From Chloroflexota bacterium (GTDB lineage: Bacteria; Chloroflexota; UBA11872; VXOZ01), in NCBI GenBank assembly GCA_965221905.1, contig OZ244922.1:1408001-1472000 (forward strand): a DNA stretch of 64,000 nt, in the 5' to 3' direction. The notes under the pieces are model-generated. The model saw nothing but the letters and a program-made list of their open reading frames with translations, had not been told where the DNA came from and ran no database searches. Below, piece after piece: positions 30,220 through 40,392 of this stretch. Position numbers and translations under genes: made by a program. Positions within the stretch are counted from its first letter, which is position 1, and each line of letters begins with the position of its first letter.

Positions 30220-31221
30220 ATGGAGTTCTACAAGGCAGAGTATCTCTGGATAGATGGCGTGGAGCCAACTGCAAAACTTCGCTGCAAGGGCAAGGTCGTT
30301 CCCAAAGGGGAAGAGCCGCCCATTTGGGGTTTTGACGGATCAAGCACAAATCAGGCGGCGGGTTTCAATTCGGACTGTGTATTGCAGCCGGTATACACCT
30401 GTCCGGACCCCATACGAGGGGGCGACAACGTGCTGGTAATGTGCGAGGTCTTGTTGCCGGACATGAGCCCGCATTCGACAAATACGCGGGCTGCCTGCGC
30501 GGCCGCAGCGGAAAAGTACGCAGACTTTGACACGTGGTTTGGCATTGAGCAAGAGTACACGTTCTTTTCCGGCGTCACGCCTTTGGGTTGGCCGAGGAAT
30601 GGTTTCCCGGCTCCGCAGGGCGGATACTATTGCGGCGTAGGGTCGGATGAAGTCTTCGGACGTCCTATCGTTGAAGAACACATGGATGCTTGCTTGGAGG
30701 CCGGCCTGATGTTTGCCGGCATCAATGCCGAGGTCATGCCGGCTCAATGGGAGTTTCAGATTGGGCCAATCGCCGCACCCGAGGTGGCCGACCAGCTCTG
30801 GGTCGCGCGGTGGCTGCTGTATCGCATAGGCGAGAAGTACAACACAAGCGCACGACTCGATCCTAAGCCGGTGCTTGGTGATTGGAACGGCGCTGGCGCA
30901 CACACGAATGTCTCGACTTGGCAGATGCGAGAAAGCATCGATGCGTGTGTGGCGGCAGCCGAGGCTCTGGGCAGGAACCATGATGAGCACATTGCCAATT
31001 ACGGCGACCGCATTGAGTATCGCCTAACCGGCCTGCATGAAACCTGCTCCTACAAAGAATTCAGATACGGCGTTTCTGACAGAGGCGCCTCCGTGCGCAT
31101 TCCTTGGCAGGTCGATAGAGACCAAAAGGGATACATTGAGGACAGACGGCCTAACGCCAACTGCGATCCTTACATCGTCACGGGTTTGATATTGAACACC
31201 GTCTGCGGCGCTGCGTCATAG
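30220..31221 (+). CDS. glnII: Glutamine synthetase type II
   Basis: 333 aa; EYLWIDG, WGFDGSST, WFGIEQEY, GINAEVMP.QWEFQ, DWNGAGAHTN, RLTGLHET, YIEDRRP. Confidence 0.93.
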   Translation: MEFYKAEYLWIDGVEPTAKLRCKGKVVPKGEEPPIWGFDGSSTNQAAGFNSDCVLQPVYTCPDPIRGGDNVLVMCEVLLPDMSPHSTNTRAACAAAAEKYADFDTWFGIEQEYTFFSGVTPLGWPRNGFPAPQGGYYCGVGSDEVFGRPIVEEHMDACLEAGLMFAGINAEVMPAQWEFQIGPIAAPEVADQLWVARWLLYRIGEKYNTSARLDPKPVLGDWNGAGAHTNVSTWQMRESIDACVAAAEALGRNHDEHIANYGDRIEYRLTGLHETCSYKEFRYGVSDRGASVRIPWQVDRDQKGYIEDRRPNANCDPYIVTGLILNTVCGAAS

Positions 31222-31673
31222 TGTCGGATTGACGCGATCTGCTTCTTGCCAGGCTGTGTTGACTTATCGGTCTATTGGCGGTTTTTGAGGCGCACTTCCT
31301 TCGGCGGCAATGTCTAGAGTGCGGAGGGGAGAGGTGCTAGTGTATCTGCACTTCGGTACAGGGATAGAATCGATTTTCGATTGAGGTCAACACAGCCTGG
31401 CGTTTTATCCGACTTGAGTTGGTGCGCGCGAATCTTGGCAGCATTCAGTTGGCATGCCGACCTTGCAACTAATGCGTGGCGTGAAGTGGGCCACGTGTCT
31501 CTGCGTTCACCTACATCCGACGACCTCAATGAGACTCCTTTAGCGATTGCAAGTGCGTTTGTGGCTTGTTTCCGCGCATAGCGGGCGTGTCGCAAGATGT
31601 GTCGTGGATAATGCTATTTTAGGCTTGGTTGGGACCTTGGCGTTCTTGAGTCCACGCTGCGCAGGAAGATCGT

Positions 31674-32033
31674 ATGCCAACGTATGAATACCAATGTGGC
31701 GACTGCAAGAAGGCGTCGACGCACTTCTTTCGTAGTTTCTCTCAAGTGCAGGGCACTGTCTGTCCGCACTGTTCCTCCACTAACCTGGAACGTTTGATCT
31801 CTCGGGTCGCCGTCCACCGAGCCGGCGTATCTTTCGAAGATCCTTCAAGTATGGATGAAATCGACGAAAGCGATCCGCGCGCACTTGGACGACTGGCGCG
31901 CACTATGGGAGAGGAGTCCGGTGAAGAGCTGCCCGGTGAGTATGAAGACATGGTGCGCGAACTTGAGTCGGGCAAGATACCCGACGATGACAGTCTCGCC
32001 GGCTCAGGCGAGGCTGATGATTTGCCGCTCTAG
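31674..32033 (+). CDS. FmdB-family zinc ribbon protein
   Basis: MPTYEYQCGDC...CPHC...RLISR, acidic C-terminus. Confidence 0.85.
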   Translation: MPTYEYQCGDCKKASTHFFRSFSQVQGTVCPHCSSTNLERLISRVAVHRAGVSFEDPSSMDEIDESDPRALGRLARTMGEESGEELPGEYEDMVRELESGKIPDDDSLAGSGEADDLPL

Positions 32034-32042
32034 CGAAATACA

Positions 32043-32930
32043 GTGACGTTTGCAAAGTCCACGGCCAAAACGATTGCAACTCCATATCGACTAATTGCCT
32101 TAGATGTTGACGGCACCCTGCTTGACAGTCAGGGAGGCGTCACTGTAGGCACGAAAGCTACGCTCCAGAATCTTGCGGCGCGTGGCGTCCACGTGGCGCT
32201 GGCGACCGGCAGGCGCCGCATCATTACGAGCTTCTTGCCGCCGTTGCTCGAAATACCGCTCTTCTTGATTCTCAGTAACGGCGCAGTAATCCGCGATCAC
32301 ACCGGCGCCATTTCATATGAAAGCTACCTGCCGAGCGAATGGGCGTGGCGTGCAGTGGAGGAGGCGCGCCGCCTTAATCTGCGATCGACTATCTATGAAA
32401 ACGGGGCAGCGGGAGATCGCATGCTGTTCGATGGCGATTGGCGCGCCCACAAAAGTCCTCAAGCACAGCTCAAGCGACGTCCCGATCTTGAATCGCTCTT
32501 TGTCGACCTCAATACTGTGACCGACCTCCCGGATCCGATTGAAATTGTGCTTTGGGGCGAAGAGGACAAGCTGCGGAAGCTGGCTGACGCGCTGACGGCC
32601 ACCGGCCTGGACTACACGTTGGTCTTCTGGCGAGGCCGCGAGTCCAGTTCGTTTGTGCGAGACGGGCAAAGCGCGATCGAAATCCTGGGCCCCAACACCT
32701 CGAAGGCCACGGCCCTCACGTGGCTCTGCGCGCACCTCGGTATTGATCCGACGGAAGTGGCGGCCTTCGGTGATGACGTGAACGATATTGAAATGCTGAG
32801 ATTCGCGGGATTGGGTGTGGCCGTGGGGAACGCGACGCAGGCTGCCCGCGACGCCGCCGATGAATATGTCCACAATGATGATCATGAGGCCGTGGCACGG
32901 ACACTGCGGCGGCTCTTTCCAACTGGCTAG
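32043..32930 (+). CDS. Cof-type HAD-IIB hydrolase
   Basis: DVDGTLL, ATGR, SNGA, SKATAL, FGDDVND. Confidence 0.92.
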   Translation: MTFAKSTAKTIATPYRLIALDVDGTLLDSQGGVTVGTKATLQNLAARGVHVALATGRRRIITSFLPPLLEIPLFLILSNGAVIRDHTGAISYESYLPSEWAWRAVEEARRLNLRSTIYENGAAGDRMLFDGDWRAHKSPQAQLKRRPDLESLFVDLNTVTDLPDPIEIVLWGEEDKLRKLADALTATGLDYTLVFWRGRESSSFVRDGQSAIEILGPNTSKATALTWLCAHLGIDPTEVAAFGDDVNDIEMLRFAGLGVAVGNATQAARDAADEYVHNDDHEAVARTLRRLFPTG

Positions 32931-33150
32931 TTGGCCGGATCAGGGTTCTAATGTAAGGGACGGCCATGGCGTGTCTGATTTGGGCGAGAGGTGGCGCCGC
33001 TGTACTTGCCGCTAATATTCGCGCAGGGCGCTCTGTCAGGCCCTGTGCCACTCATCTATCATAAATGTAAGTGCATAGGTCGTTCACTGCTGCTATGCAA
33101 TCTCAAATTGCAGGTGCCCATATCTGGTCATACTTGAGGAGAAATAGAAG

Positions 33151-34146
33151 TTGAAACCAATTCGCGTCGTGCAGTTGGGTTTGGGAGCAGTGGGGTGTGG
33201 CATTGCACAAACTGCTTTGGGGCGTTCCCAATTGCAGGTGGTTGGAGCGATAGACGTGGACCCCGCCAAAGCCGGGAGAGACCTGGGTAAAATCCTTGGC
33301 ACGGATGAATCGCTGGGAATCCCGGTGACGGCTTCGCTTCGAGACGTACTGGAATCACAATCAGTAGACGTGGTCCTGCAAGCGACGGGCTCGCACATAC
33401 CGGATGTGGCAGATCAACTCAAGGAAATTGCGGCGGCCGGCTGCAATGTGGTGAGCACGTGCGAGGAATTGGCATACCCCTGGCTGCGCCACCCTGCGTT
33501 GGCGCGGGAGATCGATGCAAAGGCCCGCGAGTGCGGCGTGACTATTGTTGGAACTGGCGTCAATCCCGGCTTCATTATGGATACGCTTGTGCTGGTAGCA
33601 ACTGCGGTTTGCAGCGACCTGCGGCGCATTGCTTCTTCACGAGTGGTAGCGGCGCGCGAGCGGCGCTTGGCGCTGCAGCAAAAGATCGGTTCCGGCATGG
33701 AAGAGGCGGACTTTCGCCAACTGGCGGCCCGGGGCGAGATTGGGCACGTGGGCCTGCGGGAATCCTTCTCACTCATTGCCGCCGGCCTTGGGTGGGAGAT
33801 ACGAAATCCGCAGGAGAATATCGAGCCGGTGTGCGCAGAAGAGAAGATCTCGACCGAACACTTCGACATTGCCGCCGGGCAAGTGGCAGGAATCCACCAG
33901 ACCGTCCAGGGATTGAGCGAGGAGCGCGAGCTAGTCTTGGATCTTACCATGAGCATGGCCGCCGGAGAGAGCAAGGATAGCATCAGCATAGAAGCCGACC
34001 CGCCAATGCGCTTGGAAGTGGTAGGAGGAACGCACGGCGACCAGGCGACGTGGTCGATAATTGCAAACATGGCGCCGCGAGTGGCGGAGGCGCATGCAGG
34101 TCTCCTGACTATGCTCGACTTCGGCCTTCCCCGCGCGATTGGATAG
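33151..34146 (+). CDS. 2,4-diaminopentanoate dehydrogenase (Ord)/dihydrodipicolinate reductase-like oxidoreductase
   Basis: GLGAVG, STCEEL, GTGVNPGF, GHVGL.ES, GD.AT. Confidence 0.75.
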   Translation: MKPIRVVQLGLGAVGCGIAQTALGRSQLQVVGAIDVDPAKAGRDLGKILGTDESLGIPVTASLRDVLESQSVDVVLQATGSHIPDVADQLKEIAAAGCNVVSTCEELAYPWLRHPALAREIDAKARECGVTIVGTGVNPGFIMDTLVLVATAVCSDLRRIASSRVVAARERRLALQQKIGSGMEEADFRQLAARGEIGHVGLRESFSLIAAGLGWEIRNPQENIEPVCAEEKISTEHFDIAAGQVAGIHQTVQGLSEERELVLDLTMSMAAGESKDSISIEADPPMRLEVVGGTHGDQATWSIIANMAPRVAEAHAGLLTMLDFGLPRAIG

Positions 34147-34155
34147 CAAATCACA

Positions 34156-35022
34156 ATGGCACGCCCGCTCCGCCAGTTATCACCAAGCAGTATGCGCACC
34201 TATGAGCGCTGTCCGTATATGTACCACTTGCGGTACACGGAGCGTATTCAAGTCCCGAACACGGCTGCGCAGCTTCTCGGCCGCGCAGTTCATGCTGTCA
34301 TCGAGATTTACTATAAGCAGAAACGCGAAGGCAAGACGTTTGATACCGAAGCCGCATTCGATGCACTCGATGATGCGCTCGACGCCACATTGCATGAACT
34401 GGATGAGGAAGGCCGCCTGGAAGTAGATGAAATGCGCGAACTGGGGTACGACCTGGTGGAGTACTACGTGGAGGAAGTGGCGCCGCACATCCGGCCTCAT
34501 TTGATCGAGGAGCGCTTCAGGTTTTCCGTGCCCGGGGTCGACGTACCGATTGTTGGGTACGTTGATTTGGTCGACCAGGACGGCACGGTGATCGACCATA
34601 AGACATCTTCATCACCATTTCCAGAAGACTACTTGGCGCAGGATGTGCAGTTGCTAACGTATAGTCTCGGCTACAATGCCCTACGCATGGGTGCGCGCCA
34701 GCGGCCCGGACAACTCCCGTTAGTCAGTATGCTCCCACCGGTTCGCCTCGACGTTTTGATTAAGGGCGAAGAAATCACTTATCAGAGACTTGAATTCCGC
34801 TACGAACAGGAGCACCTAGAGCAGTATGTGAAGCGTGTGAACGCTGTTGCCGCGGGCATTCGATCCGCGGACTTTCGCCCCTTCTGGCAAATTCGTCAGC
34901 CCGATCCCGCTGTCTGCCGCTATTGCGACTTTAATAGTGTCTGCACGTACCGCCTACCATCCCCTCCAGAGTCGTCTCCCAAGGGCGACACGACGGATTC
35001 GGCATCCACAGAAGTCGATTGA
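34156..35022 (+). CDS. PD-(D/E)XK nuclease (RecB/AddB/Cas4-like) with Fe-S staple cysteines
   Basis: LSPSS...CP, G..VH, GYVDL, IDHKT, QLLTY, CRYCDFNSVC. Confidence 0.85.
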   Translation: MARPLRQLSPSSMRTYERCPYMYHLRYTERIQVPNTAAQLLGRAVHAVIEIYYKQKREGKTFDTEAAFDALDDALDATLHELDEEGRLEVDEMRELGYDLVEYYVEEVAPHIRPHLIEERFRFSVPGVDVPIVGYVDLVDQDGTVIDHKTSSSPFPEDYLAQDVQLLTYSLGYNALRMGARQRPGQLPLVSMLPPVRLDVLIKGEEITYQRLEFRYEQEHLEQYVKRVNAVAAGIRSADFRPFWQIRQPDPAVCRYCDFNSVCTYRLPSPPESSPKGDTTDSASTEVD

Positions 35023-36079
35023 CCGTAGACGTGCGCTAAGGATTTCCCTCTTGGGTTGAAGATTCCGCTTGGCAGAACATCCCACTCAAGCAAATTCTCT
35101 TCAAAAGGGCCACGTTGGAGGATATTTTGCTTGCCCCGTAATCCCCTTGCGTGGGCCGACCGCCATTCACTCGTGTTTCGATGCGATCGATCACGCTGGA
35201 AATCCCGTTGCACCGGCATTTCTTAGAACGAGATAAGAAATATACGGTAGTTTCTTGCCATTGGCTCATGCCGTAAGTACTATGTGGCTAAGGTGCGAGC
35301 GGTGTGCGCTGGGGTGATTGTCTTGAAGCCGGCACGCCGCGCTCAAGGGGGAATCAGCAAGTCCGGAGTTCGCAGAGGTTTGTCCTTTGCTTTCCGGGAG
35401 ATTGGGGCACTCCAATCGAGTGTTTCCGGTACCGATTACTCAGCTCCCGCCTCTGCGCTGTTCCCTCATGGCAAATGGGAACGTCGGAAGCAGCCTACAT
35501 ATAATAGGGCTCTGGGCGGAATCAATAATTTGTCCAAGCCTAGGTAACTGTAGTGACGCTGTTTTTTAAGACACGAGCTGAGGATCGACAGGCGCAGCCA
35601 ATATCGTTGCGCAGGCAGTTGCATGGACTGAGCGGCCGAGTGCCGGGGTACGTTCTGCTCTTAGGGACAATCCTGCGCCGTCGGAATATGCCCGCAGCAT
35701 ATTCTCGGGCGTTGGTGCAAGAGGCCGGTTTTGGGCGCTTGCCGGTGCGCGTACCGGGTAGGATGCTGCCGGGATTTCGCCGTCTTGGCAAAATAGCGGT
35801 TCTAGGAGTGCTATTGCACATGTTGCTTGGACAGAGGGGCTTAGGAGCACGCAATAGAGGGCGTTTTGCAGCCGGTCTCAGTGCAGACGGTCTTCGCGAC
35901 GATCTTAGAACGATAATGGCAATTGCGCATTGGGTGCTTTCCGGTCTGACCGGAAAGTGGTCGCGGCGGCGCTCTGAGGTATAGGAGCCGGCGACCTTGC
36001 GCCGATGCAACGGCGCACTATTATGTATGCTTCTGTGGAATACTCGTGCTCGGCTGAATGATTAGGGAATAGGGGGACA

Positions 36080-37090
36080 GTGCTCGTGGCAATTGCGGAG
36101 GAACGTCTCGGCCAAGAAATTTGGGCGGACTTGCAGAGTAACGCGCAGGAGCGCATTCACGGCGCGCTTCTCATGTTGAGCGAGCGCGAGAAGGAAATCG
36201 CGCTCATCGACCTTGTGCGCATGGTTGCTACGCCCAACCAGTATAGGGTTGCGGAGCGCGTTTCGGTGGGTAAGGCCCTCTCGTTTCTTGGTGACCCGCG
36301 AATTCGCACGTTACAACCTATGCTGAACCGTGTGCCGGCGGGAGCATTCACCATGGGCACGGTAAGCGAGACGGTAGATCGGATACTGGGCGAAATCGGT
36401 TTCAGAAATGGTGAGGACGAGGCGCTCCATCGAACGGCGCGCGGTGCGATTCTCATGGAAACCCCGTCACGAACGGTTGACCTTCCTGCGTTTGCCATTG
36501 GCAGATACCCCGTCACCAATTTAGAATTTCACTCCTTTGTACTTTCAGGCGGCGTGCCGGCGCGTGACTACTGGGATGGCACAACCATTGACCCCTGGAT
36601 TCAGAACCATCCGGTCCAAGGTGTCACCTGGGAAGAAGCAATGGGATACTGCGATTGGCTGGCGGATGAGACAGGGCATCCCTATCGCTTGCCGACAGAA
36701 GAAGAGTGGGAGAAGGCGGCGCGCGGGACGGATGGAAGGCTGTTCCCCTGGGGAGATGAGTATAGCTATACGTGCGCCAATGTTTGGGAAGGCGGTATAG
36801 CGACCACGACGCCCGTGGGGGTCTTTCCAGACGGCGTGAGTCCCTATGGCATTCTGGACATGGCTGGCAACGTAGCGGAATGGACGGCATCTTTCATAGG
36901 GACATATCCGGATTCCGCAGGCAGTGATGAGATCACACTTCAGATAGCCGAGCATGGGCGCTACCGCGTTGTACGAGGCGGCTGCTGGCGGGATTCAAGG
37001 CAGCGGACAAGGTGCGCCGGCCGGGGAAATCCAACAGATGTCTATGGGCACGCCGTCGGATTCCGGCTCGCCTTGGATTCCGATGATTAA
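36080..37090 (+). CDS. SUMF1/FGE-fold protein (non-canonical active site)
   Basis: FTMG, YPVTN, HPV..VTW, RLPTEEEWEKAARG, DMAGNVAEW, RGGCW, GFR. Confidence 0.88.
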   Translation: MLVAIAEERLGQEIWADLQSNAQERIHGALLMLSEREKEIALIDLVRMVATPNQYRVAERVSVGKALSFLGDPRIRTLQPMLNRVPAGAFTMGTVSETVDRILGEIGFRNGEDEALHRTARGAILMETPSRTVDLPAFAIGRYPVTNLEFHSFVLSGGVPARDYWDGTTIDPWIQNHPVQGVTWEEAMGYCDWLADETGHPYRLPTEEEWEKAARGTDGRLFPWGDEYSYTCANVWEGGIATTTPVGVFPDGVSPYGILDMAGNVAEWTASFIGTYPDSAGSDEITLQIAEHGRYRVVRGGCWRDSRQRTRCAGRGNPTDVYGHAVGFRLALDSDD

Positions 37091-37122
37091 GAGGAAAAGG
37101 TCATCAATGGTGATAACACAAG

Positions 37123-37136
37123 GTAATCACGATTAC
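37123..37136. promoter_or_regulatory. Palindromic operator-like site upstream of transporter operon
   Basis: GTAATC-ac-GATTAC immediately before a TTGACG hexamer. Confidence 0.4.
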
Positions 37137-37290
37137 TTGACGATGGTCAAAATCGTGTGCTAGGGTACACTGTAATATAGTGCGTCGGGTGGTCGGGATG
37201 GTTGAAAGTCTTTTGGATCAGGAATAGAATTCGGTATCCGCAGAATCTTTGGTACGTGATTAATCGCTCTTAGTGTGAGGGTGGAAATAG

Positions 37291-40200
37291 ATGAGTATCC
37301 TGGAGAGAAGCATTACGGGGCTTCAGGCAGCTGGTAGGAAGTCCAGCACGCTGCGCAATCTGCGTTCGTGGACTGTTTGGGCCAACCTTGGTCTCGTTGT
37401 AATGCTGCTCACTATTTCCTTGCCAACCGCAGCGTCTGCTGCCGTTTACGCGCAACAAGACCAGCCCAAGAATGATGCAGAAGAAGAGGACGCGGAGGAG
37501 AAGGGCACGTTCATCACACACGCCACGGGCGTGGTCGAAGTGAAACTTGAGGCCAATTACGCTGAAACGCAAGAAGCCTACGCGAAGGAAGGCTATGAGT
37601 GGATCGAAAACGTTGAGGTCCCAATCGATCACACGAATTACGTTCGGCACCGGGGTTCCGAACCGGAGATTGTGAATGAGCTCGGCGGTAAGACGGGCGA
37701 AATACTCAATTGGGAGGAAGAGACCGAGTGGATGGAGTGGCGAGTAACCGTACCCAAGACCGGTCTCTACAATATCGAACTTGAGTATTTCCCCTTGCCG
37801 GGCAAGCGTGCTTCTATCCAGCGGCGAATCCAGATTGACGGTGAATTCCCGTTCCTTGAGGCGCGGCGACTGGTCTTCGTGCGCTTCTGGCAGGACAAGG
37901 GTTTGCCGACCACTGACAACCAGGGCAACGACCGACGCCCCGGCCAGAGCGAATTCCCGCGCTGGGCGACGGTGCGCATCGTTGACGGCGATGGCATGTA
38001 TCCCTGGCCGTTTGACTTCTATCTGACAGCAGGTGAGCACGTCATTCGTTTGATCACGGTGCGCGAGCCGATAGCGATTCGTAGTATGCGTCTTGTATCA
38101 CCTTCTCGGCCGCCAACCTACGCTGAAGTCCTTAAGATGTATGAAGAGCAGGGCTACAAGAATGCGGGCGAGACCCTGATCCGACATCAGGCTGAGCTTC
38201 CAGTGGAACGGACCGAGGCTACCATTCGTATGGAGTACACCTCCGGTCCTCTGGTTGACCCATACTCGGCCGGCTACGTGCGGCTGAACGCTTACGGCTC
38301 CTATCGCTGGCGCCGCGCTCTGCAAGCGGCCACCTGGGAATTCGAGGTGCCGGAAGACGGTCTCTATAAGATTGCTTGGCGGCGCTGGCAGGCGTACGCA
38401 AGCTTCTTGCCTTCCGCGCGGCGGATTCTCATTGATGGCAAAGTTCCCTTCCAGGAGCTCAACAACTTCCTCTTTACGCCGGACAATGACCGCGATTGGC
38501 GTATAGTGCACTTTGGCGAGAGAGCAGGCGAGGGTGAACCGTATCTCTTCTATCTTGCAAAAGGAATTCATACCCTTACGATGGAGGTTACGGTAGGACC
38601 CTCGGCGGAAACCGTTCGCGCTATCAATAAGGTTGTAACCGACCTGTCTATCATGGTGCGCGAGATTACGATGATTACAGGTGTAAACCCCGATCCGTAT
38701 ATGGAATTCGATCTCACGTCGCGTATTCCGACCTTGGTTCCCCGGTTGGTAACCAACTATGACCTGCTTGAAGAGCAAGTGAACCACATGACCGCGGTCA
38801 ATAATGGCGTTAAGCCGAATGTTGCTAATGTATTGGGTGAAGTGGCGTTCCAGTTGCGTGACATGGCCAGCGACCCTGAGAGTATGTCGCGCCGCCTGAG
38901 CGATCTAAGCGCCAGCCAAGGCCGCCTCTCGCAGTGGCTCCTTTACCTGCGTGAACACCCGCTTTGGCTTGACTATCTTCTGGTTACGAATCCCGAGATG
39001 GAGTTGGGGTCGGGCAGGGCCAGTATCTTCTTGAAGGCATGGGCCGGATTCATGAACTTCATGAGTTCGTTTGTCCGCAATTACTATGGTGTCGGCTCCG
39101 TTTACGGCGATGACGACAACACCATTACAGTGTGGGTGGCACGTGGTCGCGAGTGGGGCATGATCATGAAGGACATGACTGAAGATGACTTTTCACCGGC
39201 GAGTGGCATCAGTGTCAACTTGCAAGTGTTCCCACCGGCACAGTTGAGTGCAGGCTCGGTAAATGTGTTGCTCCTGTCTGTGGCGAGCGGCGTGACGCCC
39301 GATGTGGCGACTGGAGTGTTGCCGGATGTACCCGTTGAGTTTGCTATTCGTAATGGCGTTGCCAACATGAATAAGTTCTTGGACTATCAGGAGGTTGCCA
39401 CGCGATTCCGTCCAGGGGCGCTCTTGCCCTTCCGTTGGGAGGGCGGAGACTACGCAATACCGGAAACGCAGGACTTCTTGATGATGTTCTACCGTACGGA
39501 CATCTTCAATGAGTTGGGTCTGACTCCGCCCGACACGTGGCAGGACTTATATAACATGATCTGGCTGCTTCAGCAGCGCGGAATGGACTTCTTCTTCCCG
39601 CCGGTTGGCGTGTCCGCGGGCGGGGGCATCTACGGTTTGGCTGAGTCCCTTGTGCCGGGGTTCCTGCCTTTCCTCTACCAAAACGGCGGAGACTTCTATA
39701 CGAATAGAGGACTGAGCGCCCTTGACTCGCCGGAAGCCCTGGCCGGATTCCGTGAATGGACCGAGCTCTACACGAATTACAAGATCACACAGCAAGCGGA
39801 CTTCTATAACCGAATGCGTACGGGAGAGATGCCGATTGGAGTTTCCGGGTTCTTTACCTATGTTCTTCTCTCTGTAGCGGCGCCGGAGCTTGAAGGCCGC
39901 TGGGAGATGGTACCGCTTCCCGGTAAGCGCCGCCCGGACGGACAGGTGGACCGGACCTCAGGCGGCTTTGGTCAAGCCGTTGTGATCATGGATAATTCAG
40001 ATAAACAAGACAAGGCCTGGGAGTGGGCGAAATGGTGGACATCGGAACGCGCCCAGGCGCGTTTCGGAGCAGAGCTTGAGGCCTTGATCGGCACGGAAGC
40101 ACGCTGGAATACCGCAAACGTGAATGCGCTTAATCAGCTTCCCTTCCCAAGGAAGGATATCGAGTCTATCCAGGAGCAGTGGCGCTGGTTCAAGGAGCAG

Positions 40201-40392
40201 CCGGTTACCTTGGGCGGCTACTTTACGCCGCGTCACATCATAAATGCCTGGAACCGTGTGGTGCTTCAAGGGTGGAACCCGCGTGAAGCCCTAGAAGAAG
40301 CAGTAAAGCAGATCGACCGCGAGCTCATCCGCAAGCGCGAGGAGTTCGGGTTGGATGTTGATCTTTCTAAGACGAAAGGGGGTCTTGAATAA
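37291..40392 (+). CDS. Giant multidomain extracellular solute-binding protein
   Basis: Signal peptide; two CBM-like repeats (WRVTVPKTGLYNI, WEFEVPEDGLYKI); helical linker; C-terminal SBP (MFYRTDIF..LGL.PP.TW). Confidence 0.85.
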   Translation: MSILERSITGLQAAGRKSSTLRNLRSWTVWANLGLVVMLLTISLPTAASAAVYAQQDQPKNDAEEEDAEEKGTFITHATGVVEVKLEANYAETQEAYAKEGYEWIENVEVPIDHTNYVRHRGSEPEIVNELGGKTGEILNWEEETEWMEWRVTVPKTGLYNIELEYFPLPGKRASIQRRIQIDGEFPFLEARRLVFVRFWQDKGLPTTDNQGNDRRPGQSEFPRWATVRIVDGDGMYPWPFDFYLTAGEHVIRLITVREPIAIRSMRLVSPSRPPTYAEVLKMYEEQGYKNAGETLIRHQAELPVERTEATIRMEYTSGPLVDPYSAGYVRLNAYGSYRWRRALQAATWEFEVPEDGLYKIAWRRWQAYASFLPSARRILIDGKVPFQELNNFLFTPDNDRDWRIVHFGERAGEGEPYLFYLAKGIHTLTMEVTVGPSAETVRAINKVVTDLSIMVREITMITGVNPDPYMEFDLTSRIPTLVPRLVTNYDLLEEQVNHMTAVNNGVKPNVANVLGEVAFQLRDMASDPESMSRRLSDLSASQGRLSQWLLYLREHPLWLDYLLVTNPEMELGSGRASIFLKAWAGFMNFMSSFVRNYYGVGSVYGDDDNTITVWVARGREWGMIMKDMTEDDFSPASGISVNLQVFPPAQLSAGSVNVLLLSVASGVTPDVATGVLPDVPVEFAIRNGVANMNKFLDYQEVATRFRPGALLPFRWEGGDYAIPETQDFLMMFYRTDIFNELGLTPPDTWQDLYNMIWLLQQRGMDFFFPPVGVSAGGGIYGLAESLVPGFLPFLYQNGGDFYTNRGLSALDSPEALAGFREWTELYTNYKITQQADFYNRMRTGEMPIGVSGFFTYVLLSVAAPELEGRWEMVPLPGKRRPDGQVDRTSGGFGQAVVIMDNSDKQDKAWEWAKWWTSERAQARFGAELEALIGTEARWNTANVNALNQLPFPRKDIESIQEQWRWFKEQPVTLGGYFTPRHIINAWNRVVLQGWNPREALEEAVKQIDRELIRKREEFGLDVDLSKTKGGLE

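Noticed and set aside
35480-35500. SRP RNA GGAAGCAGC motif
   Set aside because: Preceding CAGGTCCGGAA and the enclosing hairpin are absent.
34156-36079. Cas4-like nuclease plus long spacer as a CRISPR locus
   Set aside because: No repeat-spacer array and no cas1/cas2 visible.
36960-37090. FGE/C-type-lectin C-terminus as a DGR variable region
   Set aside because: No adenine-variant template repeat and no reverse transcriptase seen in the window.
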